Assembly: GCA_963818575.1 (NCBI GenBank)
Contig: CAWFSV010000014.1
Location: 35,236 to 99,235, forward strand
Length of the DNA stretch: 64,000 nt
Source: an uncultured Chloroflexia bacterium
GTDB taxonomy: Bacteria > Chloroflexota > Anaerolineae > Anaerolineales > E44-bin32
Direction of reading: 5' to 3'
Both the position numbers and the translations under genes were made by a program. Below the pieces are notes generated by a model. The model worked only from the letters and a program-made list of their open reading frames with translations. It was not told the DNA's origin and did not search any database. Positions 20,653 through 30,011 of this stretch are shown piece by piece (position 1 is the first letter of the stretch; each line of letters opens with the position of its first letter).

Positions 20653-23435
20653 GCCGTCCCCTTCTCGGCCAGCTGGCGCGCCAGCCAGTCCTGATCCACC
20701 GGCAGGCGCCGCACGCGCACCCCACAGGCGTTGTAGATCGCATTGGTGATCGCCGGCGTGGTGGGGATGCTGACGATCTCGCCCACGCCCTTGGCCCCGT
20801 ACGGACCGGTCGATACCGGGTGCTCGACGACGATCGACGTGATCTCCGGCGTCTGGACGATGGACGGCATGCGGTAGCGCGCCAGGCGGTCGGTGTAGAC
20901 CACGCCCTGGTCGACGATGAATTCCTCCGTCAGCGCGTTTCCGATCCCCATCATCACCCCGCCTTCGACCTGTCCCTGCAAGCCCAGGGGGTTGAGCGCC
21001 CGGCCGACGTCATGGGCGGCGACGACCTGCAGGACGCTCACCTCGCCGGTCTCGAGGTCGACCTCGATCTCTGCCGCCTGCGCGGCGAAGGCGAAGGCGA
21101 AGTGCATGTCGCCGCCCGAGCCGAGCGGGTGTGTCTCGGGCGCCCAGTACTCGAAGGCGCTGCTTGGCTGCCGGCCTTCCGCCCGCATCCATCCGGCGAG
21201 CATCCCGAGCGGGACGCGGCGATCCCCGACCTGCGCCAGCCCTTCGACGAATCGTACTGCTTCCGGCGGACAATCGAGATGCTCGGCGGCGGTCGCCGCT
21301 GCCGCCTGGCGCAGGTTGCGCGTGGCGTGCAGCACGGCGTTCCCGGCGACGAACGTCTGGCGCGAGGCCGTCGTCGGTCCGCCGTCCGGGGTCAGGTCGG
21401 TGTCCGAGAGCAGGACGCGCACCCGGTCGAGGGGGACGCCCATCTCCTCGGCGGCGATCAACTGCAGCACCGTCACCAACCCCTGCCCGATCTCCGCCGA
21501 GGCGGTGCGGACCTGGAGAGAGCCGTCCTCGTACAGCTCGACCTGCGCGCCGGCCTTGTCGGGCGCGCCGCCGCCCAGCCCGGTGTTCTTGTAGCCGACG
21601 GCGAACCCCCATGCGCGGCGGCGCGAGGGCGCCCCGGGAACGATCCGGGCGACGAATGGGTTACCGTCCACTCGCCGGTGGAGCTCGGCTTCCACCCGGT
21701 CGATGCACTCCAGCAGCCCGACGCTCTCGGTGAGCCGCTGACCGGTGTTGGTCTCCATCCCGACTTGGAGTGCATTGCGTCGGCGCAATTCGATGGGATC
21801 GAGCCCCAGCTCTGCCGCCAACTCGTCCATGACCGACTCGATGGCGAAGCAGGACTGTGTCACCCCGAAACCGCGGAAGGCTCCGGCCGGCGGGTTGTTG
21901 GTGTACATGGCATAGCAGTCGGCGCGCACGTGCGGCACCCGGTAGGGCCCGGCCGAATGCGTCGTGGCGCGGGTCATCACCTTGTCGCCCAGCGAAGCGT
22001 ACGCGCCGGTGTCCCCGTACAGTTCGGTCTGCGCCGCAACGAGCGTCCCGTCGCGGGTGGCGCCGAGGGTGACGCGGATCTGTGTGGCATGCCGCTTGGG
22101 GTGAACGAGCAGGCTCTCGTTCCGATCATACAGCACCTTCACCGGACGGCCCGTCGCTCGCGCCAGCAGGGCGGCATGGATCTGCCCGGCGATGTCTTCC
22201 TTGCCGCCGAACCCGCCGCCGACCAGCTGCCCGATCACGCGCACCGACTCCTGCGGCACGGCCAGGCTGGCGGCGACCTGCTCGCGGTCCGCGTACGGGA
22301 TCTGCGATCCGACGTAGATCTCCATCCGGCCATCCGCCAGCGGCCGGGCCACCGAACACTCCGGCTCCAGGAAGGCATGCTCGGTCATCGGTGTGTGGAA
22401 GGTGCGATCGAGCACGACCTCAGCCTCTCGCAGGCCCTGCTCCACATCGCCCTTGCGGACCTTGATGTGCTTGAGCAGATTTCCCCCGGGCTGCAGTTGC
22501 GGCGCGTCCGCCGACCGGGCCGTCACCGGATCACTCACCACCGGCAGCGCCTCAAACTCGGTTTCGATCATGGCGAGCGCCCGGGTGGCCAGCTCGCGCG
22601 TCTCGGCCGCCACGATGGCCAGGGCATCGCCGACGGTGCGGATGCGTTCACCGATGCCGACCAGCACCGGCCAATCGTGCACGACCAGGCCGTGATTCCG
22701 TTCCCCCGGGATGTCTTCGGCAACCAGGACCGCCCTCACGCCCGGCAGCTCCCGTGCCCGGGAGACATCCAGGCGGCGCAGGATGGCGTGCGGCACTCCG
22801 GCTCGCAGTGCCCGCCCGTGGAGCATCCCGGCGAAGGTCAGGTCGTCCGTGAAGACTGCCTCGCCGGTGACTTTGGATCGCCCATCGGGTCGCGGCTGCG
22901 TTCCACCGATCACGCGGCCGCCCTCCCAGGCAACTCTCTCCGGCCCGACAACGGGTTCCCCCGTTCGCAGGCTCCTGGCCGCCGCCAGCACCGCGCTCTC
23001 GATCGCAGGGTACCCGGCACAGCGGCAGAGCGTGTCCTTGAGTGCCTGGCGGATCTCCGCCGGTGTCGGCTCCGGCGTGTGCTTGAGCAGCGCCGCGGCG
23101 GTCATGATCTGACCCGGGATGCAGAATCCGCACTGCACCACGCCGTGCACCAGAAAGGCCTGCTGCACCGGGTGCAGCCCGTCGAGCGGCGTCAGCCCTT
23201 CGATGGTCTGGATCGATCGTCCGTGGGCTTTGAGAGCCGGATAGGAGCAGGACAGGACGGGCGCATCGTCGACCCACACGGTGCACGTCCCGCATTCGGC
23301 TTCGTTGCAGCCGATCTTCGTCCCCGTCAATCCCAGACGCTCGCGCAGCACGTCCGAGAGCATCTCGGTCGGTCCGCACTCGAGGTGCACGTCGACACCG
23401 TTCACGGTCAGCGAGAGCGGCACCAGCGGGCTCAC
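20649..23435 (-). CDS. Xanthine dehydrogenase family fused [2Fe-2S]/molybdopterin subunit (probably selenium-dependent), 928 aa
   Basis: GCNEAECGTC, QCGFCIPG, LCRCAGY, EHAFLEPE, GGGFGGKED, AFRGFGVTQ, TTASRQT, GAKGVGE; intact ORF. Confidence 0.92.
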   Translation of the reverse strand: MSPLVPLSLTVNGVDVHLECGPTEMLSDVLRERLGLTGTKIGCNEAECGTCTVWVDDAPVLSCSYPALKAHGRSIQTIEGLTPLDGLHPVQQAFLVHGVVQCGFCIPGQIMTAAALLKHTPEPTPAEIRQALKDTLCRCAGYPAIESAVLAAARSLRTGEPVVGPERVAWEGGRVIGGTQPRPDGRSKVTGEAVFTDDLTFAGMLHGRALRAGVPHAILRRLDVSRARELPGVRAVLVAEDIPGERNHGLVVHDWPVLVGIGERIRTVGDALAIVAAETRELATRALAMIETEFEALPVVSDPVTARSADAPQLQPGGNLLKHIKVRKGDVEQGLREAEVVLDRTFHTPMTEHAFLEPECSVARPLADGRMEIYVGSQIPYADREQVAASLAVPQESVRVIGQLVGGGFGGKEDIAGQIHAALLARATGRPVKVLYDRNESLLVHPKRHATQIRVTLGATRDGTLVAAQTELYGDTGAYASLGDKVMTRATTHSAGPYRVPHVRADCYAMYTNNPPAGAFRGFGVTQSCFAIESVMDELAAELGLDPIELRRRNALQVGMETNTGQRLTESVGLLECIDRVEAELHRRVDGNPFVARIVPGAPSRRRAWGFAVGYKNTGLGGGAPDKAGAQVELYEDGSLQVRTASAEIGQGLVTVLQLIAAEEMGVPLDRVRVLLSDTDLTPDGGPTTASRQTFVAGNAVLHATRNLRQAAAATAAEHLDCPPEAVRFVEGLAQVGDRRVPLGMLAGWMRAEGRQPSSAFEYWAPETHPLGSGGDMHFAFAFAAQAAEIEVDLETGEVSVLQVVAAHDVGRALNPLGLQGQVEGGVMMGIGNALTEEFIVDQGVVYTDRLARYRMPSIVQTPEITSIVVEHPVSTGPYGAKGVGEIVSIPTTPAITNAIYNACGVRVRRLPVDQDWLARQLAEKGTA

Positions 23436-24334
23436 GCGTTCACCCCGGCCGGCGCTTGTTGACGGGCATCCTGGACCGCCGCCGGAAGGGTGCGGCTCAA
23501 CAGCACGCGCAGCAGGTGCCGACGGTAGTCGAGTGTGGCCCGATGTTTGCTGGATCGCAGCTGGGTTCCAGAGCGGAGTGCGTCGGCGACACTGGACAGA
23601 TCGATCGCCTCGGCGCGCTGGCCGATCAGGCGGGCCTCAGCCGAAGGCGAGCGTGTCGGGCGTGGCCCCCCGGGTCCGATCGCGATGCGCGCTTCGGCAA
23701 TCACGCCGTCGGCCTCCAGGCACACCCAGACCGCCATGTTCAGGATGGCAATCGCGACCCCCTGAGGGCGCATGACCCGGCGGAAGGCCGACCCTTCGCC
23801 GGCGCGACGGCCCCGAATTCGGAATCCGACCACGATCGTGTTGGCACGGTCGAACGCGACCTTGCCGGGGCCGGTGAAGAGGTCTTCGACCGGGACCTCG
23901 TGCCGACCCGTGGGCGTGGCCAGCTCGGCCGTGGCATCCAGGGCAAGCAGCGCGATGGTGGCGTCGGCGGCGGGCAGCGCGTGCGCAACGTTCCCCCCCA
24001 ACGTGGCCACATTCCGGACCTGCGGCCCTCCGATCAGCGCACACGCCTCCACCAGGCATGCCGCCCCGGCGGCGATCAGCGGGTGACGGACGATCGTCGC
24101 ATGCGTCACGGACGCCCCGACGAACAGGCGTTCGCCCTCCAGCCGCACCCCACACAATTCCGGCACGCGGGAGATATCGATCAGTGTGTCGATGGGAGGC
24201 TGCCGCCCCTGCTGCAGGTCCAGGAGCAGATCGGTACCGCCGGCGATCAGGCGCGCCGGCCCTGACGCGCCGCGCAGCGCGGCGAGCGCTTCGTCCAGAG
24301 TTCGAGGCGTCACGTAGTTCTGCCAGTAGGTCAT
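23432..24334 (-). CDS. Xanthine dehydrogenase family FAD-binding subunit
   Basis: IAGGTDL, GGPQVRNVATLGGNVAHALPAAD, HRATLDYR. Confidence 0.9.
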   Translation of the reverse strand: MTYWQNYVTPRTLDEALAALRGASGPARLIAGGTDLLLDLQQGRQPPIDTLIDISRVPELCGVRLEGERLFVGASVTHATIVRHPLIAAGAACLVEACALIGGPQVRNVATLGGNVAHALPAADATIALLALDATAELATPTGRHEVPVEDLFTGPGKVAFDRANTIVVGFRIRGRRAGEGSAFRRVMRPQGVAIAILNMAVWVCLEADGVIAEARIAIGPGGPRPTRSPSAEARLIGQRAEAIDLSSVADALRSGTQLRSSKHRATLDYRRHLLRVLLSRTLPAAVQDARQQAPAGVNA

Positions 24335-24443
24335 CGCAACCGGCGAGGGCAACGAAGGACCGGAGGGCGCTTGTCGATGAGCGGGGATGCTCAACGCCGC
24401 TGCGAGTACACCCCGCAGCGACCCCCGTCCCGAGGTTGGGGTG

Positions 24444-24472
24444 ATTCTAGCATGGGGAGTGGGCGGGGACAA
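24444..24472 (-). promoter_or_regulatory. Sigma70-type promoter for the Xdh/ssnA/F420 operon
   Basis: Minus strand TTGTCC-17 bp-TAGAAT with TG extension (TGcTAGAAT). Confidence 0.6.
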
Positions 24473-24725
24473 GCAGGATTGGCGTCGGGGTGGACCGCGC
24501 GACGTGACACGCGGGGCTGTCCACATGACTGGTCGTGGGTAGTCTGCGCCAGCCGGATCGTCTGTCCGCTAAGCCACGCTGCAATGGCCGCGTGACGCTC
24601 TTCCACGGGTGGTGCATGACAATTGCCCTTGCCCGCCGGCGGCTCCTCCCTTAGAGTGGAGCGGGCTGTCGAGGGACTCGCCGCGGCAGCTATCCCTCCA
24701 CCGATCGCAGACGCAAGGAGCCGGG

Positions 24726-25895
24726 ATGACCGTAGCTTTCGCCCAACGCACCGAGAGCCTCCGGCTGGAGGGAGCCTACCAGGTCCTGGCGCGTGCCCAG
24801 GAGCTGGAGGCACGCGGCAAGGACATCATTCACCTCGAGATCGGCGAGCCGGATTTCCCGACGCCGGCCAACATCGGCCACGCGGCCGCCAGGGCCATCG
24901 CCGAAGGCAAGACGCACTACAACCCCTCCGCCGGCATTCGGGAGCTGAGGGCGTTGATCGCCGAGGATGCCGGCCGCAGGCGGGGTCTTTCATTCCGGGC
25001 GGAGCAGGTCGTCGTCAGCCCCGGCGCCAAGCCCAACCTGTTCTTCCCGGCGTTGGCGCTGGTCAACCCGGGCGAAGAGGTGGTCTACCCGGATCCGGGT
25101 TTCCCGACCTACGAAGCGATGATCCGCGTCACCGGCGCCGTCGCCCGCCCGGTGGCGCTGCTGGAATCGAACGGGTTCTCCATCGATCGCGACGACCTGG
25201 CGCGCCTGGTGAATGCCCGCACGCGGTTGATCATCCTCAACTCACCGGGGAACCCCACCGGCGGGGTGATCCCACAGGCGGACCTTGAGTTCGTGGCCGA
25301 GCTTGCCCAGCGTCACGACTGCTGGGTGCTCTCGGACGAGATCTACTCGCGCATCACCTTCGACGGACACGCGGCGCCTACGATCGCTGGCCTCCCGGGC
25401 ATGAGCGAGCGGACGATCGTCCTCGACGGTTTCTCCAAGACCTATGCGATGACCGGCTGGCGGCTCGGCTACGCCATCATGCCTGTGCCGCTGGCCGAGC
25501 GCGTCAGCCTGCTGCTCAATCACGGGATCGGCTGCACGGCGCACTTCACGCAGCTGGCCGGGGTCGAGGCGCTCAGCGGCCCTCAGGACGCAGTCGATTC
25601 GATGGTGGCGGAATTCCAGGCGCGGCGCGACCGCATCGTCGACGGCTTGAACCGGCTGCCGGGCGTCCGCTGCCTCAAGCCGCAGGGCGCCTTCTATGTC
25701 TTCCCGAACATCGAGGCAACGGGGCTCTCATGCGAGGCCTTTGCGGACCGCATGCTGGAGGGCGGCGTGGCGCTCCTGCCCGGGACCGCGTTTGGCGAGC
25801 ACGGGAAAGGACACGTCCGGCTGGCGTTCACCAACTCGGGCGCCAACATCGATCGCGCCCTCCAGCGCATGCAGGCCGTCATCAGCAGCCTGTAG
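24726..25895 (+). CDS. PLP-dependent aminotransferase class I/II (aspartate aminotransferase family)
   Basis: IGEPDF, NSPGNPTG, SDEIY, GFSKTYAMTGWRLG, GAFY; AAGGAG RBS. Confidence 0.92.
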   Translation: MTVAFAQRTESLRLEGAYQVLARAQELEARGKDIIHLEIGEPDFPTPANIGHAAARAIAEGKTHYNPSAGIRELRALIAEDAGRRRGLSFRAEQVVVSPGAKPNLFFPALALVNPGEEVVYPDPGFPTYEAMIRVTGAVARPVALLESNGFSIDRDDLARLVNARTRLIILNSPGNPTGGVIPQADLEFVAELAQRHDCWVLSDEIYSRITFDGHAAPTIAGLPGMSERTIVLDGFSKTYAMTGWRLGYAIMPVPLAERVSLLLNHGIGCTAHFTQLAGVEALSGPQDAVDSMVAEFQARRDRIVDGLNRLPGVRCLKPQGAFYVFPNIEATGLSCEAFADRMLEGGVALLPGTAFGEHGKGHVRLAFTNSGANIDRALQRMQAVISSL

Positions 25896-25923
25896 ATCGG
25901 ATCGCTATCCGGCGCTCGAACGC

Positions 25924-25948
25924 AAGGCGGCCCCGATGGGCCGCCTTT
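25924..25948. terminator. Hairpin between the convergent aminotransferase and dihydropyrimidinase genes
   Basis: AAGGCGGCCC-cgat-GGGCCGCCTT followed by T. Confidence 0.6.
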
Positions 25949-25970
25949 GATTCCACTGGGGTGAGCCGGG

Positions 25971-27397
25971 CTAGAGGACGGGCGCAAACGGTTGACGCTT
26001 GAGGAAGGTCCCCATCCCGGGCCTGCCGAGCCATCGGTCGCCATCGACGATCAGGGCCCCGCGCAGGTACACCTTCTCAGGGAAGCCCACCAACTCCCAG
26101 CCCTCGTACAGGTTGTAGTCGGTCCGATGATGGGCATGCGCCACGCCGTAGGTCAGCCGTCGCGCGGGATCCCAGATCACCAGATCAGCGTCCGAGCCTG
26201 GCTGGATGGTGCCCTTGCGCGGGTACAGGCCGAAGATCCTGGCGGCGTTCGTCGAGGTCAGGGCCACGAATTGGCTTGGGGATAGGCGTCCGGCGCCCAC
26301 CCCGGTGGTCCACAGAATCGGCATGCGGTCTCCGACACCGGGGACGCCGTTCGGTATTCGAGTGAAGTCGGAGCGACCCAGCTCCTTGCCGGGGATCGCA
26401 ACCGGCTTCCCCTCGTACGAGATCGGCCGGCTGCCGTCGAAGAAGAACGGGCAGTGGTCGGTGGCCACCACCTGAAGCGATCCATCCGCAAGGCCGGCCC
26501 ACAGCGCGGCGTTGTCCGGCGCGGTGCGCATCGGCGGTGAGCAGACCCACTTGGCGCCGTCGGCGCGGCGCAAGTCATCGACGGTGAAGAACAAGTACGG
26601 CGGGCATGTCTCGCCCATGACCGGAACGCCGCGCTGGCGGCCAAACCGGAGCTGATCGAGCTCGCCGGCGACGTTCATGTGAACCAGGTAGAGAGGCGCC
26701 TGTGCCTGGGCAGCCAGGGCGATGCCGCGCAGCGCCGCCTCGACCTCGCCCCACGCCGGCCGCGTGTGGGCATGCCACTCCGGCGTCACGTGTCCGGCGG
26801 CCAGCGCTTCGGCGACGAGCAGGTCGATCACGTCGCCGTTCTCGGCATGCAGCATGGTCAGCATCCCGTGCCGCCCGGCCACCCGCATCACCTGGAAGAT
26901 CTCGCCATCCTGCAGGCGCAGGCGCTGGTTGTAGGCCGTGAAGACCTTGAGCGTCGTGATCCCCTCCCCCACCAGCGACGGGATCTCCTCCAGGATTCCG
27001 GGCGCGAGCCGGGTGACGTTCATGTGGAAGCTGAAGTCGATCGCCGCCCGGGTGTCCGCCTTGGCGTGCCAGGCATCCACCCCACTGCCGCAAGTCCGCC
27101 TTCGTCCGGCTGCGGCACGAAGTCGATGACCGTCGTCGTGCCGCCAAAGGCGGCCGCCTTGTGACCGGTGTAGTGGTCATCGGATGAGACGGTCCCGAAC
27201 ATCGGCAGGTCGAAGTGCGTGTGGGGATCGACGCCGCCCGGCAGGATCAGCTTCCCGGTGGCGTCGACGATCTCCGCCGAGTCCGCCGGCAGCGATGGCC
27301 CGACCTGCAGCACGCGCTCGCCTTCGATCAGGACGTCCGCCAGGATCGAAGCCTCGGCGGTCACCACCGTCCCGCCCCGGATCAGAACCCGCTTCAT
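25971..27397 (-). CDS. hydA: Dihydropyrimidinase / D-hydantoinase (HydA/HyuA; frameshift near 27085)
   Basis: PGGVDPHTH, AAFGGTTT, LKVFTAY, HAENG, GETCP, CSPP, ATDHCPF, IPNG, GSDADLVIWDP. Confidence 0.9.
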
Positions 27398-27435
27398 CCC
27401 GCCTCCCTCACGCCTGGAGTGCTCTCGTCCCCTTC

Positions 27436-27441
27436 ATTATA
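27436..27441 (-). promoter_or_regulatory. -10 box (TATAAT) upstream of hydA
   Basis: Reverse complement TATAAT ~40 bp upstream of ATG 27397, with GGAGG RBS between. Confidence 0.5.
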
Positions 27442-27580
27442 CGAATGCCTGCCGGACACGACTGGGCGGGCCTATCTTGCCATACGAAAGTGCCTGGGCC
27501 CGCGCACCAGCCGGCGTATGGAGCTCTCCCCGGCACATCTGGAACTCTACGGAGAAACGCACCGCCGACTTCAGCCCTTG

Positions 27581-27671
27581 ACCCCCTCTCCGCAGATGCC
27601 AACTCCACCTTGGCGATGTGCGGAGAGGGGGTGAATGCTAGTGGGGATGGGGGAGCTTGCTCCCCCACCCC
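27581..27671. repeat. Two adjacent GC-rich inverted repeats (REP-like)
   Basis: ACCCCCTCTCCGCA (27581-27594)/TGCGGAGAGGGGGT (27619-27632) and GGGGATGGGGGAGC/GCTCCCCCACCCC (27643-27671). Confidence 0.65.
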
Positions 27672-27856
27672 GTGTGAACACCGATCCTGCCCGCTTCGAA
27701 TCCTCCATGGCCGCGAGGGTGAGCCCCAGGCAGGGTGCCAGGCAAGACATGGAGGTTATGGTGGCATCTGCAAGTCCTTCCGAACACTGCCGGAGGATGC
27801 GGCGCATACCTGTTTGGCGTGCGAGGATGGAACCATTCACGGACCCCGGAATGGGA

Positions 27857-28315
27857 CTACGCCTGGCGTTCGCGCAGCATCCGCCACAGCCGGTCCCGCT
27901 GGGCGGCGGACGCAATCGTCAGTTCGGTCAGATCCCGCGCCGCGAGCAAGCGGTCGCCCGTCGTGTAGACGAAGGTGAAGCGCTTCCATCGGGCGGACAC
28001 GATGGGCCGGGCCAGGGATTCCATCGGGCCGAGCTGGACCTTGAAGTACGGCTCATCGGCTCGCGGGTGTGCCGGCTCGTCCCGCAGCAGCTCGCCGCGG
28101 CGGACGAGCTCGAAGCCGCGCACCGGCGCCGCGTGCCGAACCGACCATCGCTCCTCGCCGAACGCCGCCGTCTGATAGAAGGCCAGCCAGTCGACCCGCA
28201 GCGTCTTGGGCGCCGTGCCGACCGGGATCCGGTACCAGCCCAACACCCGGGCGATGTCCAGGTCTCGCGGCTGTCGGATCACGGCGACGAGAATCAGATC
28301 CTCGGCGTGGATCAT
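27857..28315 (-). CDS. Hypothetical protein, possibly PUA/EVE-like nucleic-acid-binding domain
   Basis: Coherent ORF with DLDIAR..GWYRIP, LAFYQT..FG, DEPAHPRA.EPYFK; own TGcTAGAAT box at 28399-28407. Confidence 0.65.
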   Translation of the reverse strand: MIHAEDLILVAVIRQPRDLDIARVLGWYRIPVGTAPKTLRVDWLAFYQTAAFGEERWSVRHAAPVRGFELVRRGELLRDEPAHPRADEPYFKVQLGPMESLARPIVSARWKRFTFVYTTGDRLLAARDLTELTIASAAQRDRLWRMLRERQA

Positions 28316-28491
28316 CTGAATCCCCCTTCCCCGTCAGGCCGTCGTGAGGCGCCCGGCGGCGCCGATCCCATCGCGCCGCCCCCGGCCGCGCGCGCCGCAT
28401 TCTAGCATGCCCGGGTCGTTCGAGTGGTGTGGAGAACGCGCGGGCGGGGCGCCGCGCGCCCCGCCCGAGATCCCCGGCCGATGCCTTGCGC

Positions 28492-29967
28492 CTACAGATT
28501 CTTGAGCACGCCGCTGCGTGCGTTGAACTCGTCGATGCGCGCATCGATCTCGGCGACCTGACCCTGCACGCCCGACCAGTAGTCCGGGGCGTTCCACTGG
28601 GCCAGGATTTCGTCGTACGTCCGGCCCTGCTGCTCGACCCAGGTGTAGTACTTGAGGTTGTGCACCCGGCGCCGGTCTTCGTAGCGGAGCTCGAGCAGAT
28701 GGTCCGTCGAGGCGCCGTGCAGGTAGCGGGCGAAATCGGCGGCCGCATCCAGCTCGCCGTAGGCGCCGAATTCGGCGTGCATCTCCTGCAGCCGGCTGCC
28801 GTACAGCTCCATCGAGTTGGTCAGCACGGTCAGCACGACATCGTGCTCGCCCAGCTCGTAGTACTTGGCCATCTTGATACACGAGAGCAGGTTGGCGATG
28901 CCCGAGAACCCCAGCAGATCCAGCTGGGCGGTCAGCGCCTGGGGGACGCCGCGCTTGGCCAGGAACGCCCGTCCAGCCTTCTCGTTGAACAGGCGCGCCA
29001 GGCTGACCACGGCGGCATCATCGATCGCCACCACCAGGTCGGAATTCCGGACGTTGTGGATCCACGGAACGTGCTTGTCGCCGATGCCCTCGATGCGGTG
29101 CGCCCCGAAGCCGTTCTCGAGCAGCGTCGGGCACTGCAGCGCCTCGCTGGCGGCGACCTTGCTGCCCGGGAAGGCCTGCTTCATCGAATCGCCGCAGGCG
29201 ATGGTCCCCGCCGAACCGGTCGTCAGCGCCAGGCCGCGATAGGTATCGTGCGGACCGAGCTCGCGGCGCAGGACCTCCTGCATCGCCTGTCCGGTTACCT
29301 CGTAGTGCCACAGGTAGTTTCCGAACTCCTCGAACTGGTTGAAGATCATCAAGTCCTGGCCCGAGCCGCGCAGCTCCCAGCACTTGTCGAAGATCTCCTT
29401 GACGTTCGACTCGCTGCCCGGGGTCTTGATCACTTCCCCGGCGATGCGCGACAGCCACTCGAAGCGCTCCTTGCTCATCCCTTCCGGCAGGATGGCGATC
29501 GACTGGCAGGCGAGCAGCGCCGAGTCGTACGCGCCGCCGCGGCAGTAGTTGCCCGTGGAGGGCCAGACCGCCTTCTGGGTCGTCGGGTCGAACTGCCCGG
29601 TCACCAGTCGAGGCACCAGGCAGCCGAAGGCGGCGCCGACCTTGTGTGCCCCGGTAGGAAACCACTTCCCGACCAGGGCGATGATGCGCGCATCGGTTCC
29701 CGTCAGGCTGCGCGGGAACTCGAGGTAGTTCACGCTGCCGAAACCGCCGCCGGTCGCCTGCGGCGCATTCTTCCACGTGATGCGGAACAGGTTGAGTGGA
29801 TTGACGTCCCACAGTCCCACCTGCGAGAGCCGCTCGCGGATGGCCGGCGGGGTACGCGACGGGTCCTTCATCTGGGCGAAGGTCGGGATCACGATGCCGC
29901 GTTCGCGCACGCGTCCCAGAGCGCGTTCCAGCCGCTCGGGGTGCATCGTCAGGTCAATCGTCGTCAT
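28492..29967 (-). CDS. Fold-type-II PLP-dependent enzyme (cysteine synthase/tryptophan synthase beta-like), function uncertain
   Basis: FPTGAHKVG (PLP lysine), WPSTGNYCRGG, TGSAGT, HRIEGIGDKH; GGAGGGAG RBS. Confidence 0.82.
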   Translation of the reverse strand: MTTIDLTMHPERLERALGRVRERGIVIPTFAQMKDPSRTPPAIRERLSQVGLWDVNPLNLFRITWKNAPQATGGGFGSVNYLEFPRSLTGTDARIIALVGKWFPTGAHKVGAAFGCLVPRLVTGQFDPTTQKAVWPSTGNYCRGGAYDSALLACQSIAILPEGMSKERFEWLSRIAGEVIKTPGSESNVKEIFDKCWELRGSGQDLMIFNQFEEFGNYLWHYEVTGQAMQEVLRRELGPHDTYRGLALTTGSAGTIACGDSMKQAFPGSKVAASEALQCPTLLENGFGAHRIEGIGDKHVPWIHNVRNSDLVVAIDDAAVVSLARLFNEKAGRAFLAKRGVPQALTAQLDLLGFSGIANLLSCIKMAKYYELGEHDVVLTVLTNSMELYGSRLQEMHAEFGAYGELDAAADFARYLHGASTDHLLELRYEDRRRVHNLKYYTWVEQQGRTYDEILAQWNAPDYWSGVQGQVAEIDARIDEFNARSGVLKNL

Positions 29968-30011
29968 GGGTGATCTCCCTCCAGGGAACGTTCGGCTCGA
30001 GCAGCAGGTCA

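Noticed and set aside
20478-23462. Very long plus-strand ORFs antisense to real genes (also 32714-35017, 51746-53959, 1882-3840)
   Set aside because: Shadow ORFs typical of high-GC codon bias; no recognisable motifs
27400-27445. TCGTATAAT upstream of hydA resembling the start of a purine riboswitch
   Set aside because: The downstream TATGG, TTTCTACC and CCGTAAA elements are absent; more simply a -10 box
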